A stretch of 64,000 nucleotides of DNA from Eledone cirrhosa. Lineage: Eukaryota. The notes beneath the pieces were generated by a model. It saw only the letters and a list, made by a program, of their open reading frames with translations, was not told the origin of the DNA and did no database searches. Shown one piece after another: positions 1 to 14,505 of this stretch (within the stretch, counting starts at the first letter, position 1; each line of letters begins with the position of its first letter). Made by a program: the position numbers and the translations under genes. The DNA lies in contig OZ024742.1 in assembly GCA_964016885.1 (NCBI GenBank), positions 258,292,001-258,356,000 on the forward strand, read 5' to 3'.

Positions 1-149
1 ATGATATATAGCTCTGATTGTTTAATTTATTCATTTTTCATTGAACCAAAAAGTGACCAGTTGCGAAACACGTATATGTATGTGTATGTATATATATATG
101 TAAACTTTTATATATATATACATATATATATATATACATAAATATATAC

Positions 150-221
<72 letters not shown>

Positions 222-233
222 CTATATATATAT

Positions 234-835
234 GGTGACTGCCCCCTCGTTATCGAGTATGGCCATTGCTCGATATACCATTATTAATAATTATTAATTA
301 TTGCCATCGTGCAATGCCTGTGCGTAAAGATTTTTCTTTTAAGTGAGGAAAGATTGTGCACTTCCCCACTCTCTTAGCGACACTAGCTATAACCAGAAAA
401 GAAGAAAAGATCAACATCATCGGTAACTACTGAGCCGCAAGTTTTTTGTCCGGTTGTCCCAGTTTTCTGAGTTGCCTTCACCTAGAAGAATGCCCTGACA
501 AAGGCTAGGAGTCCTTTACTCCCAGTGGTTTAATCGCGCGATCGGGTATCCAGTCCGACTATTTCTATGTCCCCGCGCATATACATACACATGCACACAT
601 GCATATATATATGTACATGCGTACATGTGTATATACATATTTACACCTACTTGGATGACCGTTGATTCTTATGAGTTCTTCCGCCCTTTATCAGGTTTTC
701 CTTTTTTGCCCTGCAGTGTGTCCAAAATTACCCCCCTCACCAAGTACTCTTGGTAGGGTTGACGCTTTAGTCGCCGACGACCTGATAATGCGACAGGTTG
801 TACATGTGACCAGTAGCACTCAAGAGTGACCCGAC
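234..835 (-). mobile_element. RTE-related non-autonomous repeat (same family as 35935-36535)
   Basis: 650-830 and 360-425 are diverged reverse complements of parts of 35935-36300; terminus ggtgactgcccc resembles 36510-36530 and 34245. Confidence 0.55.
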
Positions 836-1020
836 ATACATATATATCGCCGGCATTGAACCTACCTTAGAAATTAATATTTTACAATTGAACTTCGGTA
901 TAATAATCCTGGATACTCTCTGAAGTAGGTGATGCATAACTAGGTTGGTAATCGCTAATCTATTTTATAATTGTCTTAAAATGATGACATTTAATGTTTT
1001 ATAATTGCCTTTCAATTCAT

Positions 1021-1206
1021 AATTGTTTCTACTTTTGGCACAATGCCAGCAATTACCCAGTGCATTACTGGTACTTTATTTCATCGACCCCGGGAGGATG
1101 AAAGGCAAAGTTAACCTCGGCGGGATTTGAACTCAGAATGGCAAGGGACGTAACTCTATGCGTCAAAGCAAGGCGTCCGACCCTCTACCGATACTGCCAA
1201 TCCCCC
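1021..1206 (-). mobile_element. tRNA-derived SINE
   Basis: Reverse strand has B-box-like TTCTGAGTTCAAATCCCGCC followed by GCCTTTCATCCTCCCGGGGTCGATGAAATAAAGTACC central domain; partial second copy at 51371-51454. Confidence 0.75.
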
Positions 1207-1717
1207 AATTCATAGACTGGCTAATCGCAGAAAAGTGAATAGAATATCTAGGTCTGGGATATATTTTAATATTGAACGTAATCGTCTGCTATATGATATG
1301 TTACGAAATAGTGCTATTCATTCACGTGATATTGGTGATTCAATGTAGAATGTGAAGGACTGCGTGTCGGTGATAAGTTTTAAAATTCAATGTAACGTTA
1401 TTGTTTTTAATATCTTAAGATTCGCTTTCGATATAATGATCTGCCAGAATCTTCGAGTAAACAAAGTAAATTAAATAAAAAATAACAAGATAGAAATATA
1501 GATAAATTCACTGACATTTCCATACAATGTCATATATCGGAATGGTGCAAATATAATAAATAAAGAAATAAAAATATTTATTACTTCTCTAAATCCATCA
1601 AGAATATGGAGTATGTAATTCTCTATTTCGGATTATAACTTTTCGTAACACGTAGCTATATTACGTATTTAATTCATACGTGAATGGATATTAATTGAAC
1701 ATTTAACAAATATAAAA

Positions 1718-1794
<77 letters not shown>

Positions 1795-1825
1795 TACATA
1801 TATATATATATATACACACACACAC

Positions 1826-2087
<262 letters not shown>

Positions 2088-2099
2088 ATAAACATATAT

Positions 2100-4840
2100 T
2101 CACTACAGATTTTTAAATGAGGCTGCGGGATATGTGAATGAAAACACATTGTTATAAATTGAACATGTAAACATACCTTATCTACGTATTTCACCGAAGA
2201 TGTAAAATTTTCGAATTTTTTTGAGAACATCTTCAGAAATTGTTCATATTCTTCACAACCCAATAGAGTGAGAGAGAGAAGGAGAGTGAGATAATGAAAG
2301 AGAAAGAGAGGAGGAGAGAACGGGAAAGGGAGATGAACTTTGAGAGAGAGAGAGAAAGCCGGATTCTAATAGAGGAAAATTATATCGGCAATTATGTATT
2401 CGTATCTGTGTATGTGGTTGTGTTTGTAAATCTGCAGGTATGGATGTTATTCTATGTGATGATCTGTAGCATTTGAATTAGATGTGCACATATACATTTT
2501 TGCTATATCTACACATATGCAATTAATGAACATTTTCTGAAAGGTTTTACAGTTCCATTAAAGGACTCTACATACAATACCCTAATTAGCCGTGCTGTTC
2601 GGGTATGGTTCCAGAAATAACTGCATAGTTGTATAAGAGGATACTGAGAAATCCCCAGTTGTTGGATGCAAGCAAATTTCCTTCATCGATGTCAAGTTCA
2701 ACATCTTTCTGGACTTCGCCTGTTGAGTTACGTATGGAACAATTGTGATGTAGTCAAACAGACAAAATTCATAAAAAATTATTTTCTGTCAACATCAAAT
2801 TAGGTTTAGTTTCTTCCTTTTGGGTGTAATTCAGTGTCAGCTATGACAAATAAGTAAATCGGATGGAACACCGGATCAGAACCCTAAAACCGGGATAATC
2901 CTACCTTTAAGAACATTTTCCAAGCCCCCAAAACATAATTTCTTGCAATAGGAAACAAAATGCGCCGACAACAATATATTGGACTCGCCTTCGTGACAAC
3001 AAAATCTTTCTGTCTATAGGGACGAAATGTAATATGTTGCTTATTTTATGGATTGAGTGCCATAGGGATGGAAGATTTTCCTCTTGTATACTAGGCGGGA
3101 AAAATGTCTGACGGTGTGGTGCAACCTTATGCATCAGAGAATCCGAAAACATATACTACCTTGATGAAGTGTCTGCAACATTAGATGTAGTTATATATTC
3201 TAATCGTTGATTGCAATGCACTCGCTGGAACAGACGCATCTCATGGAAAGTGGGGATTGGAAGGAATACGAATGGTGAGTCTTTATCAGATTTCTGTACT
3301 AGGAATGTGCTGTCTATTATGAACACTTTATTCCAGGTAAAGATACCAATAAATACACATGTTATAAAGGAAACTAGGGAGAGTGATGGATAAATGAGTT
3401 TGTTATTGTCTCTGATCTCTGTGATGCTGTGCTGAAGTTCATGTTAAGAGAAGGACCTAGCTGTCACTGATAACTACCTTGCTATCTGCAGTCAGTGACA
3501 AACTAAAGCCAATAAACCCCATACAATTAGCAGATCCCTCTCCACATGCAGGTTAAAGTTAAAACCGTTGGCTGATATTCAGGTTGGGACAAGATATGTG
3601 GATGCTATAGCACACAAATTCAGGAAACTGATCGAGCAAACGGAGATATTTGACACGGAGGGACACTGATCAGCATGGCAGTTTCTGATTCAGCTGTTAA
3701 ATACCATTCAATCAGAAGAGTAAAGATGCCATCCGAGCAATGCTTTATTACAAGGCTCGGCTTGGAAATAAGTTATCCTTTTTTTGCATTCGCGTTACGA
3801 GTAGGTGCGAAATATCGGAGCTGAGACAGCAAAGTCGTACAAAGTGAGGATATATTATTCTGGCACACAATATGCCGATTGTGTAATGAAAACTGTCCAT
3901 GTATGCCTGCTATCAGGAACGCGCCTGACGTGCTTCAGTTTACAACGAGATGCATATGCACCAGAAGGAAAGAATACTTTGCTGATCTCCTTTACTTGGT
4001 CACAATAATATCTTATGTACTTGAGATGAATGTGAGAGCGATGAATAATTCCGCAGAGGTTGAATTCATGAGAGAAATTAATGTTAGACCCCTAAGATGA
4101 ATGGAAGTGGGCTTGAGATGTTAAAAATCCTAAATAGACAAGGTTTTCTCTGGCTGACTCATATGCGCACAAGGCCGGAATATCTGTAGATTCACCAAAA
4201 CAATGCCAACCGGGTGTGATAAACACTATTTTGAAGAAAGGAGACATGAGAGATATTTCTAATTATAGAGAAATCTCGCTGTTAAGCCTCGACGGGAAAG
4301 ACTATGATGAGTATCTAGTATAATGGTGTATGGATATGTTGACGAAGTGTTGTTTTCAACTCGGATGCATCACAACTGATCTAATATTCACATATTCAAA
4401 TCGGTAGTATATCCAAGAATTCTATGCTTCTTTCGAAGACCTCGAAAAGGCATAGAACCGAATTCCAAATGACCTCTTCTAGAAGATTCTGCAGAAGTAT
4501 GGGATCGATGAAAAGCTTCCTGTTTCCCTGAAATTTGTATACGATAGCTCTATTTTTGTTAGAGTTCGGACTCTACTACCTCATCTATTGGCGTACCATG
4601 TCATCTCTTCTTCATATTTTTTTAATGAAAAGGATTGGTATGCCCAACCGCTTAAATTGGATAAATTTGCTTCTGATAGGACACGGTAGAACGCGTGCGT
4701 GAGTACTCTGCACCCACTACAAAACCAGAAATTGAGAAAGGTAGAAGATACCATGCTCCTTTTGGTTCTGTGAAGCCCAGCTTTTAAGGATTTCTCTTGA
4801 TACACTTTAGTAAGATATCTCAAAATTCCTTGGAACTTAT
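2100..4840 (-). pseudogene. Decayed acid sphingomyelinase (SMPD1/ASM)-like gene, several exon remnants
   Basis: Colinear motifs on minus strand: saposin-like FCSGCRVL (4580-4840, AG/GT bounded); VVYVF..GC..ILHF..PIYCCRR..LENVLK (2905-3172, AG/GT bounded, frameshifts); FDY..HPTTG..VSSY..LEPYP (~2583-2760); VDK|gt and [11 protein letters not shown] (~2100-2265). Recognised by eye only. Confidence 0.5.
3210..4560 (+). mobile_element. Degenerate RTE-clade LINE fragment (APE endonuclease to RT)
   Basis: NTNGESLSDFCTRNVLSIMNTLF (APE), KKGD..NYREISLLS and F.DLEKA..RIP RT motifs, with stops and frameshifts. Confidence 0.75.
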
Positions 4841-5207
4841 CTATAATTATAATCAGTGTGGAGCATCTGCAGATACGCCATTAGTTCGTTATATTGATCA
4901 TTCTGCTAAAAATAAGGATTGTTCGTTAAACGTATGTGTTTATATTTTCCGAAAAACAGATTTGTAATGTTAAAATATACTCTAACTGAGATTTGAAGTT
5001 TTTGCTCGATTAAATAATTACCACATGATATAATCAGAAACACATATATAGTCCCATATATAGCTGCGATGTTAAGTGGATTATTTCATAACCACCGGGT
5101 GACAAATTGGGCCAGTGTCTTCTAAAATAAACACGCGTTAAACAATATATTATTGTGTAAAATGTTGTGGACTGCGAATGTCAAAGCACATTATATATAT
5201 ATATGTA

Positions 5208-5283
<76 letters not shown>

Positions 5284-7940
5284 GTGTAGTTAATAGCAGT
5301 GAGATATGTAGGAAAAAGGCCCATAGATTATATTTCAAAAGCCGGTACAATCCGGTAGTTATATCCGAAGAGCAAATGATGATAAATGAAACAATCAAAA
5401 CAAATTAATGTTTTACCCAGAGTAAAATGATAGCATGATATTTCAGGGCTAATACCCCTTTTCAAATAGTAATCTGAAGCAGTTAAAGAAAAAAACAAAC
5501 GAGTGATCAGAGTATTCAGAGGTTTCGCAAAGCTGGTCTCTGCGTTTGTAAAACGCATTCGTGTGCGAGGGATCCCTTCAGTAAAAATTCTGTCTCGTGC
5601 ATTTCTGATTTTATTCGATTGATGAAAATGAGTTCCTTAATCCTTAAATTTCCCATATTTCTTTCAGTCACCTCTAATCTGCATCTGCGAAATTTGTTTT
5701 TAACGGTAGAGGCTCTCATTGTCACGTGTTCCTTGATCCATATATATAGCCCCTTATTTTTCTTCCGTTGTGTCATAAGTTACATATCTTGCACGTTATA
5801 TTATAGACTACGTATGCTCTTATACACATTTCTGTGTTGTTGGTGGCAAACTAGCAAGTGTGCACATATTAGCTCATATGATTTGGTGTAATTTTAAACT
5901 ATGTTATGATACACAACTCCCTTGAAGAATTTAATGCACATGGTTTAATGCGTGGTCTGATCTTGAAAATAAATTCGTTTGTGCAAGAGAAAGGCTGTGG
6001 ACTCATTTGCTTTCTGACCAACATGAAGAAAGTTATTCAAGAAATTAAAGTTTTTCTTGGAATATATATTCTCAGTCTATATCTAGAAGCTTATGCATAG
6101 AGCCATAGTCATTTAATTGTCAAATTGTCAACTATTCTAAGCAATATCAAACAATAATTTGATCACCTAATATTCGTATACCAACAGAAGTGAATACGTT
6201 CCATATATCATTGAACGTGCCAAGAATTCCCAAAAGGAATTCAGCGAAAAGTATCCAGACAAATTTCTTTACAAAATGTTTAGAAATAACTGAATCTGTC
6301 TAATTTTCAATTGGAAATTTATCAAATAATTCTTGAGATTATCTTCATGCAGATGGCCAACTGTACGATGCGTTATGGAGACTACATATATAACTGAACC
6401 TTTGATCATTTTCAATTAGGTTCATGCGTATTCACTCAGACACACATATAGACGTATGCACCACTTCTGCACACATACGCACATGTATGCATACGTATAA
6501 ATATATATATACATATATATATAGGTCTATGTACATACTTTCGACAAAATTATAAATACGAGTTAAACATATTAATCCTTAGATAAAGGCGCTGTACCCT
6601 ATTAATATTAAACTGCCATAAATCTCTTGATGATGTTCCTAAACTTTATATTAGTTAGAAAACATTGCTCACTGAAATTTCCAAATTGCTGACGAATCGA
6701 GTCAGATCGCTAAACTTGAAATATACCGTAGTAATTGTTAAAAAAAATTGTCTGTACTCTAGGAAAGCAGTTACTGAGAACTGTTAACTTTGATCAAACA
6801 TATACATGTTCCTATACCAGAGACCCCTGAATCCCTGAAGTCAGCCATGATAAATGAATTGACAGACATATACACTGCTATTAGAATCAATTTGAAATAT
6901 TAAAACTAAGAGTTCTAGAAAAGACATGCATATAAAATCGCATACCTTGTGTGTTGGTGCAATTATAGAGCTTCGCCGTCAGTAATTCAGATTTAGATAT
7001 AAAACGGTTAAAGGAGACCTCTTTCTTGAAAGAATCAAACTCTATTCATGATGTGGAACATTTAACTTCAGACGATGTTGAATCATACCGGACTAACGTT
7101 CAGTATAATTCAGGTTCTACTATATATAACAGAATATATCTATCACGAACAACTTTGCATACATTGGATTGATCTCCATGAACTCCAATTAAAAGAGTAA
7201 ACCATGGTGAATGATATTTATATACCATGACTAGTATTCTTATATATGGAATATGTTAAAACAATTAAGAGTCTCGCTAAGTTTAGTATAAATTAACCAA
7301 TATCTTAAAAATCACATCATTGAAGTGGAATTTACAGTACACATATTTATATAAAAACTCACCCGGTTATTTTATGAAAAAATACTATTTTAAACTATAA
7401 ATCAAATATATTCTTAATAATCAGAAATAGTTCTAACGTAATACCTCTAATTACTTGTTTAGAATTAAAATGTTTGGAAAATTACGAAACGTGACAGTTA
7501 TGGGGAATTTAATAGAGTAAAACTTAGAGGGTTAATTTCATTTTCTATATAAATACAAACTGAGGGTGTTATGTTGAAGAACAGTGTTGCTATATTCTGT
7601 GTGTACTATTATATTGCATCGTATATATTTATAAGGGTCATATAATCTCGTGCTAAATGACGGCAACATATAGAGTAATCTGAACTAGACATACACGTGT
7701 AATATATCAGAGTTGACAAACTTTCACACCAATTACACTATCACAAATAATCCAATAAGTAGAATGATCGTGTGAAGTCTTATCCACTGTTGTTACTGAT
7801 ATATGCTCAACAACATATCATTGTATACAATCTGATAATCAATATCCTGCTTATTTCTACGACAAAAATGAGTGCATATATTACCATGTGCAATACAACA
7901 TTCTACATTCTACAGCCTTTTCAGCGATTGCTGAGACATG

Positions 7941-7985
<45 letters not shown>

Positions 7986-8699
7986 ATGTATTCATAACAA
8001 GGGGATAATTGAAGCTCATAGTTAAAATGCATGTGACATAACCACTATCAACTTGTCAGTGCGGATATCATCAAATCTTTTATCGTTGTCTCTTTCGATT
8101 TAAATTGATCTCCTTCCTTCTCTAAGAACTGTAAATGGATTTCCATCTGTAGCAGCCTAAATCTGTTATCAACTATATATTATTGTAGTTTAGACTATTC
8201 ATATAAAGCAAAGATAAAATAGCGGGTTATCTGCTTCAGTAGCTCACTAAAACTGTGAAATCTCGAGTACATACAAACGCTGTCTCATATTAAAAGAACA
8301 TGAAGCTCTTTATCATTTGTTCCACACGCTTCTAGTGGTTACATTCACTATTGAGAGAGACAGCGATTCATAAAACATAATCGTACATCTGAAAGCATTC
8401 CTTTTTGAAATGTTCTGCATTGTTATTTATACATTTCCCATCTGTTGTACTACCTATTTTGTATATTATTAAGTCTTGTTGGTTTGATACCGTAAGTAAT
8501 AGATCTCATGACGTAGCTCCTTGCGACCACATCTACATTGACATGTACATACACATTTACAAATACGCAAGAACTCATACACATGAACAAACTCACAAAC
8601 ACACAGACATATACAAACACACACACACACACTCACTCACACACATATGTGTATATATATATACGGTATATTACCAAATATACTATATATAGATTCATG

Positions 8700-9145
8700 A
8701 ACCAGACTGTCTGTCGGCTGCTCACTGTTGTTTTTGCCGAAATAAGTAAGTGACATAGTCACTACTTTAAAACTGATAGCGTATAGTCTTCTAAATGTTT
8801 TAATTAAACACACAGTATATTGCCAAATATACTATACATAAATTCAAGTATAAATCGCTATTTCAGAGCACCAATGCTAATACCTAATTTTTGCTGGACC
8901 GGCAATCGCTCTGTATAATCAGCTCCTGATTATTACTGGAATTCTATAAGAATCCAGCTTCTATAATTTTCAGTGGAAGCAGGGGTGTGCGTGGTTCTGA
9001 TGAAGGCCAACCAATGTGAAACAGACTGTCAAGCTCTCTCCCTCTTTCGCCGAAAATAATACTTTAAAACTGATAGAGTATGGTTTTCTAAATGTTTTTA
9101 ATTAAACATTCGGTATATTGTCAAATATACTATACATAAATTCAT
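8700..9145 (+). mobile_element. HHR-containing ~320-bp-unit repeat, family G (about 1.4 units)
   Basis: 8760-8850 repeats at 9060-9145; CTGATGA(8997)...GAAA cagactg TC; homologous to 24150-24270 and 51725-52642. Confidence 0.7.
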
Positions 9146-9649
9146 ACACACACACATATATATATATATATTTATATGTATATATATATATATCTATATA
9201 TATATGTATATATGTGTGTGTGTGTATGTGTGTGTGTATAGTTCCTGAAAAACCTGGAGGTCATATACATAGTAAGTATAGAACTCATCCCAAAGAACGA
9301 GTTCAGTATAGATTTATTTCCACATGAATTTAGCAAACCATACACGAGGACGTGCGTTTAACCGAACCGATTTTCAACTCATGTATGGCTGCGCTGAGAA
9401 CGGAAGTTTATATGAGCTGACAGGATTCTGCGCGACAGACGGCGATAATTTGAAGACAAAGAAGTCAACTCAAGTAAGACTTATGTGGGTGGAGACAATT
9501 TTTGTTTCTGTTAGTTAATTCCGTCTTTCCAGTTACGAAATACTGATTAAAAATCGGCCTTGTCTTAAGGAAAGTACTATTACGTAATCTCTGCAGGATA
9601 TTCACTCTTTCAATACACAGCTTACAGTATATTGCTCTATTTCCTCTGG

Positions 9650-10030
9650 TCTTGATTAAGTCAGAACTGTCTATAACATTTGGTTATGAATCTTGTGTTA
9701 AGACCAAAAGAATACGATCCCGCGTACAAGTGGCCGAAATTGAATTCCTCCGAAGGTTCTGCGAAGCAGGGAGATCAGATAGTCAATTCAGGTAGAGCCA
9801 CTATTTCTCCAAATTAAAATATCACAGATCAAGACTATTATCATGGGGTTAGAATGTCTCAGGAAAGAATCGCTCGACAGACTATACGGGCAGAAGCAAC
9901 AGCCAGAAGGTTCAGTAGAATACCCCGAGCAAGATAGTAAGACAACATCCATGTGATTGGATGGTCAAACCTGGGCATCCAGCCAGACCATTTGAGACGG
10001 TTGCTTCTGACACGACCCCAAGGAAGAAAT
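9650..10030 (+). mobile_element. RTE LINE 3' fragment
   Basis: TFGYES..RIRSRVQVAEIEFLRR and VEPLFLQI..SQ motifs typical of the RTE RT C-terminus. Confidence 0.7.
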
Positions 10031-10082
10031 GTTTGAGGACTCTGCCCCCATAACTTTCACAGCAATATGTGGGCGAAGAAGA

Positions 10083-10123
<41 letters not shown>

Positions 10124-11349
10124 AACGAGTAAGACTCCGACGGCAGAGCTCAAGCCGTTTCAACATCTACTTCTGGACTAAATAAGAATGTTTAGCCTGG
10201 TAAATAAATAGCCGAACATATCAGGGGGTAATTCCATATATGGGAAGATAGTAATTGTCAAGAGGATTGGTCAAAAATTTGTTGTAGGGGTAGCTGAACT
10301 TGCCGGTAGAACAAAGAGGGAGTGGGGGAAGCCCTGTCACGCGTTGAAAGTGAAATCTATACAGCAAATTCTAAGGATAGTGTATAGAAGGTGGGAAAAG
10401 GTGTACTGTGAGGAGGGGAGGGGGTCGGTGGTTGAAAAAGTAGGTAAATTGAAAGGGTGTAAACAAACAATCCATTATAAAGATGAGGAGATAAATATAT
10501 ATATAAACAAATATATAAACAAACAGCAATTGCTGGTTACTATTCCATCCCCACAATCCCCAAATCTCTCATTGGTATTGTTAAGCTATAGAAAAGTTTA
10601 ATAGGTGGAGAAAAATGCTAAATACGGGATTGTAGTGAAAGCACTTTATAAAGCCATCTTTACAGGGGGTCTGACACCACTGCAAAAGTTCGTGGTAATC
10701 AGCCAATGCTATCTTATAATGACAGGTTAATAAGTTAAGGACAAACATACTAAAAACCTAATACGAACTATTAATTCAGAATGCTAATACATACTAATAC
10801 CAAGAATACTAAAGCAAAAAACCACTAAGAATTTTATAAAGCCATCTTTACAGGGTGTCAAACACCACTGCAATAGTTAGTAATAATCAGCCAATGCTAT
10901 CTTACAATGACAGGTTAATAAGTTGAGGGCAAACATACTAAAAAACTAATACGAAATATTAATTCAGAATACTAATACAATAAATACTAATACAAGATTA
11001 CCAATGCAGAAATACCACTAAGAAATTTAGAAACTACGGAAATGGAGCAGCAACCAGAAAGAAGGCAATTATCTGGGGCCTAACACATCTGCTATAAAAA
11101 GCTAATCGGCCAATTCTATCTAAAAATTAGTGGGAGGTGCTGAGGCTACAGAGGACCGATGGGCTGCATCGGGGTGGCCGAAAAGTTGAAAATAAAAAAA
11201 GACGACAAGGAAGGAGATCTGGGGTGGAAGGACTAGGAAGAGATGGTGGGAAGAAGAAACTATAGAGGAAAAGATAAAAAAATATAAAAAAGTTACGTCT
11301 ACCTTTGTAAGCAGGTTTTACCCCTTACAAAGTCGACAAGTGGGGTGTT

Positions 11350-13506
11350 TCAGCCCTTGTCTACCCCTCCTCCCGGGTCATTACGGGGTTTGAGGGTGAG
11401 GTAAGTCCTACGCAATCTGTGTTTGCATGCAGTTACCAGTTCGTCTTTCTTGTTTAGGAGTTCGTCCTTCGAACACAGCATTTGAAATGTTTCGTCCGAG
11501 CATAAGTTACACGGACAGCGTCCTACCGTGTAGGAGTTAGCTCTGGACAGTAAGCTCCAAGTGAGATTGTATGTTATATTATTATATTTGAGGTCCCAGA
11601 TGTGGCCCGAGAGTGTAGTGGTGTGACGCCGGGCCGGGTTTCGGAAAGTATGTCTGTGTAGGTAGAGCCGAGTTTTGAAGTCACAAGCGTTTAATCCTAT
11701 ATAAGCTTTGTTGGAGGTGTCCGTCCTCACGTTGCACTGGTAGATCACATTACGATCTCGGCATCTGTTGTTGTGTCGTTGAGGGGGCAAAGGGATCTAT
11801 CAGGACAGTTGCACCTCCTGGTCGGCTCTCCACTGCTGTCTCAGTTATTTCTTCCATAGGGGTTGAGTTTTTTGTTGTTAGAGGAGACGATGTTTTGTGC
11901 AAAGTTAGGTGTGGTGCTGTAGGAGAGTTTAATCGTGTTTTTGTTGATTATGTTGTGGTAACTGTTTTGTAGTGGGAAGTGGTTTTCGATGAGCCTAAAG
12001 AAGATTTTCCCGATAGGTGTTGTCACCTCGGCATTGTGGGGAGGATTGAACCACGTTACGTTTCGTGAGCGGCGGTGTCGCCTGCTGGTTCCGCTCATGG
12101 AAGCTCGATGATAGGATATTTCCTCCCGGAAGCAACTCTGCTTGAGGGCCTGGTTGTAATAAGGCGCATGTTCATCAAATATCTGCTCATTAGCGGACAG
12201 ACGAGATATGCGGAGGGAGAAGTTTTTAACCAGGTTATTGGTGATGTTTCTAGGGTGGTTTGACCGGCGGTGGATGTAATGCAGGTTGTCGCTAGTTTTC
12301 CTGTATGGGTAGTACAGATCATTATCGAGGTTAAGGGTAACAAGCAGGAAGTTTACTCGGGTTAGGTACGTTTGTAGGGTTATTCTAAATCCCCAGTCGC
12401 GGAAGAAGCTGATTAATTGTTTACGGACTCGGTCTGTACTACTGTGGTTGTACCCTTTGAGGGTAAGGGGCCCATCATCACGGTACAATCGACCGCCGAA
12501 TCAGGAAACCTTTCGGTGAGTTTAAATAGTAGGGATAATCTTATAAGATCTCTGACCTCAGCCGAATCCATCGCGCCCATACTGACGTCGAAGGGGGAGT
12601 CAGGAGCTCTCTTTATCCATTTGGAGTTGTCGAAAAGTAGGACAATCTTCCTGGCGTGGAGGATGATATTTCTTTCCTGGTCGGTGATGGGCGCGAGTGT
12701 TTCGTCGAAGTCCAAGGCGGCCGTAAGGAGCGGTAAGGTAATTGAAGCATAGTAACTCTCTATGTCAAACTGGATGAATGTTGTGTCTCGTTTGTCCTCC
12801 ATATTGCTGAACCATGAGATAACTTCCTGGGTGTTGACCCATAGGCTAAGTCTCGCGTTTTGCTTAAATTTTGTTATAACGCGGTCTAGGATATTTTTAC
12901 TGATTCTCCCTATGTCGGACTTCGTTGGGTTTATAAGCCTGATGGATGGTTTACAGTCGAAGTCTGATTCGTGGTCCTTCAGTGTGAAGTAAGGAGTCTG
13001 TGTGTCTAGGAGTTCAGTGCGGTCGGCGACCCCGAGGCTGGAAGCAATAAGTGGTCCATCTCGATTTATTTCCTCGATACTTGGATGGTTAGCCTTTTTA
13101 TAGCTCTTGTTTAGGCTGCGCCCTGATCAGTGTGTGGTATCTGTCGGGGTTGAGGAAGTAGAGGTTCCCAGTTTTGTCCGAGTGCATCATGATGTCGTTT
13201 GTATTTTCATACTCTGTTAATTTGCTACGGAGTTTTTGTAGGAATCTGTTGTGTCTGGGTTTGAATGTAATGCTCTTGACCAGTTGGCAAAGGTCATTGT
13301 CGAAGGGTGAGAGCATAGGATTCGGAGGGGGAGATTTGTAGGTATTAAATCCGAACCTCTCCTTGGTATCGAAGTCCTGATTGTCGCAATATCTGTCGTA
13401 GGAAAAAGTTCTCCATCTTAGTCTTTTCGCAAAGAGGTCGATTTTTTGCGTCACCAACCGAAGGTAAAGCTTTCTCGGTGAACAAGTCGATGTTGTGTTT
13501 TCGCAT
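11350..13506 (-). pseudogene. PLE reverse transcriptase + GIY-YIG endonuclease, interrupted by frameshifts and a stop
   Basis: RLRWRTF, DKTGNLY, FIQFDIESYY, FDVSMGAMDSAEV, YRDDG, RNVTWFNPP, NTIKLSYS, CNC..CP linker, NVIY..YIG..FKTR..H, CNLC..E, LNKKDELVTACKH. Confidence 0.9.
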
Positions 13507-14409
13507 GGTGTGGGTGAAAGAACTTGTACTTAGCGGAAAAGTCTGGATAAGTCTGGATAAAGGTCGGAAAGTGCTCAACTACGGAAATAGGAGCTAGTTT
13601 TTTTCTTGAATTAGTATTTATTGTATTAGTATTCTGAATTAACATTTCGTATTAGTTTTTTAGTATGTTCGCCCTCAACTTATTAACCTGTCATTGTAAG
13701 ATAGCATTGGCTGATTATTACTACCTATTGCAGTGGTGTTTGACACCCTGTAAAGATGGCTTAATAACATTCTTAGTGGTATTTTTGCTTTAGTATTCTC
13801 GGTATTAGTATGTATTAACTTTCTGAATTAATAGTTCGTATTAGGTTTTTAGTATGTTTGTCCTCAAATTATTAACCTGTCATTATAAGATAGCATTGGC
13901 TCATTACCACGAACTTTTGCAGTGGTGTCAGAGACCTGTAAAGATGGCTTTATAAAGTGCTTTCACTACAATCGTGTATTTAGCATTTTTCTCCACCTAT
14001 TAAACTTTTCTATAGCTTAACAATACCAATGAGAGATTTGGGGATTGTGAGGATGGAATAGTAAACAGAAATTGCTGTTTGTTTATATATTTATCTCCTC
14101 ATCTTTATAATGGCTTTTTTGTTTACTACCTTTCGATTTACCTACTTTTTCACACACACACACACACACACACCCTCCCCCATCCCCTTTTCCAGTACAC
14201 TTTTTTTCTACCTTCTACACACTATCCTTAGAATCTGGTGTATAGATTTCACTTTCAACGCTTGACTTGGCTTCCCCCACTCCCTCTTTGTTCTACCGGC
14301 ACGTTCAGCTACCCCTACCTTCCACTAAATAGCATGATAGAATCAACTGTCTTTACAACACATTTCTGACCAATCCTCTTGACAATTACTATCTTTCCAT
14401 ATATGGAAT

Positions 14410-14505
14410 TACCCCCTGAGATGTTCGGTTATTTATTTACCAGGCTAAAAATTCTTATTTAGTCTAGAATTAGCCGTCGAAACGGCTTAGCTCTGCCGTC
14501 GGGGT
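14410..14505 (+). ncRNA. Hammerhead-ribozyme-like motif in family A pLTR (variant core); mirror copy at ~10133-10230 on minus
   Basis: ACCCC-CTGAGATG-long stem II (cggtta/tagccg)-GAAA-CGGC..GCCG-TC-GGGGT; 3' half canonical, 5' core non-canonical. Confidence 0.55.

Noticed and set aside
5480-7250. Higher-complexity stretch with short ORFs as a host gene
   Set aside because: No recognisable domain or consistent exon chain; it may be decayed coding sequence but this cannot be supported.
11841-11843. In-frame TGA in the PLE ORF as selenocysteine (some Naiad PLEs are selenoproteins)
   Set aside because: It falls in a variable linker rather than at a Cys position, the ORF has other frameshifts, and no SECIS was recognised; a point mutation such as CGA>TGA is more likely.
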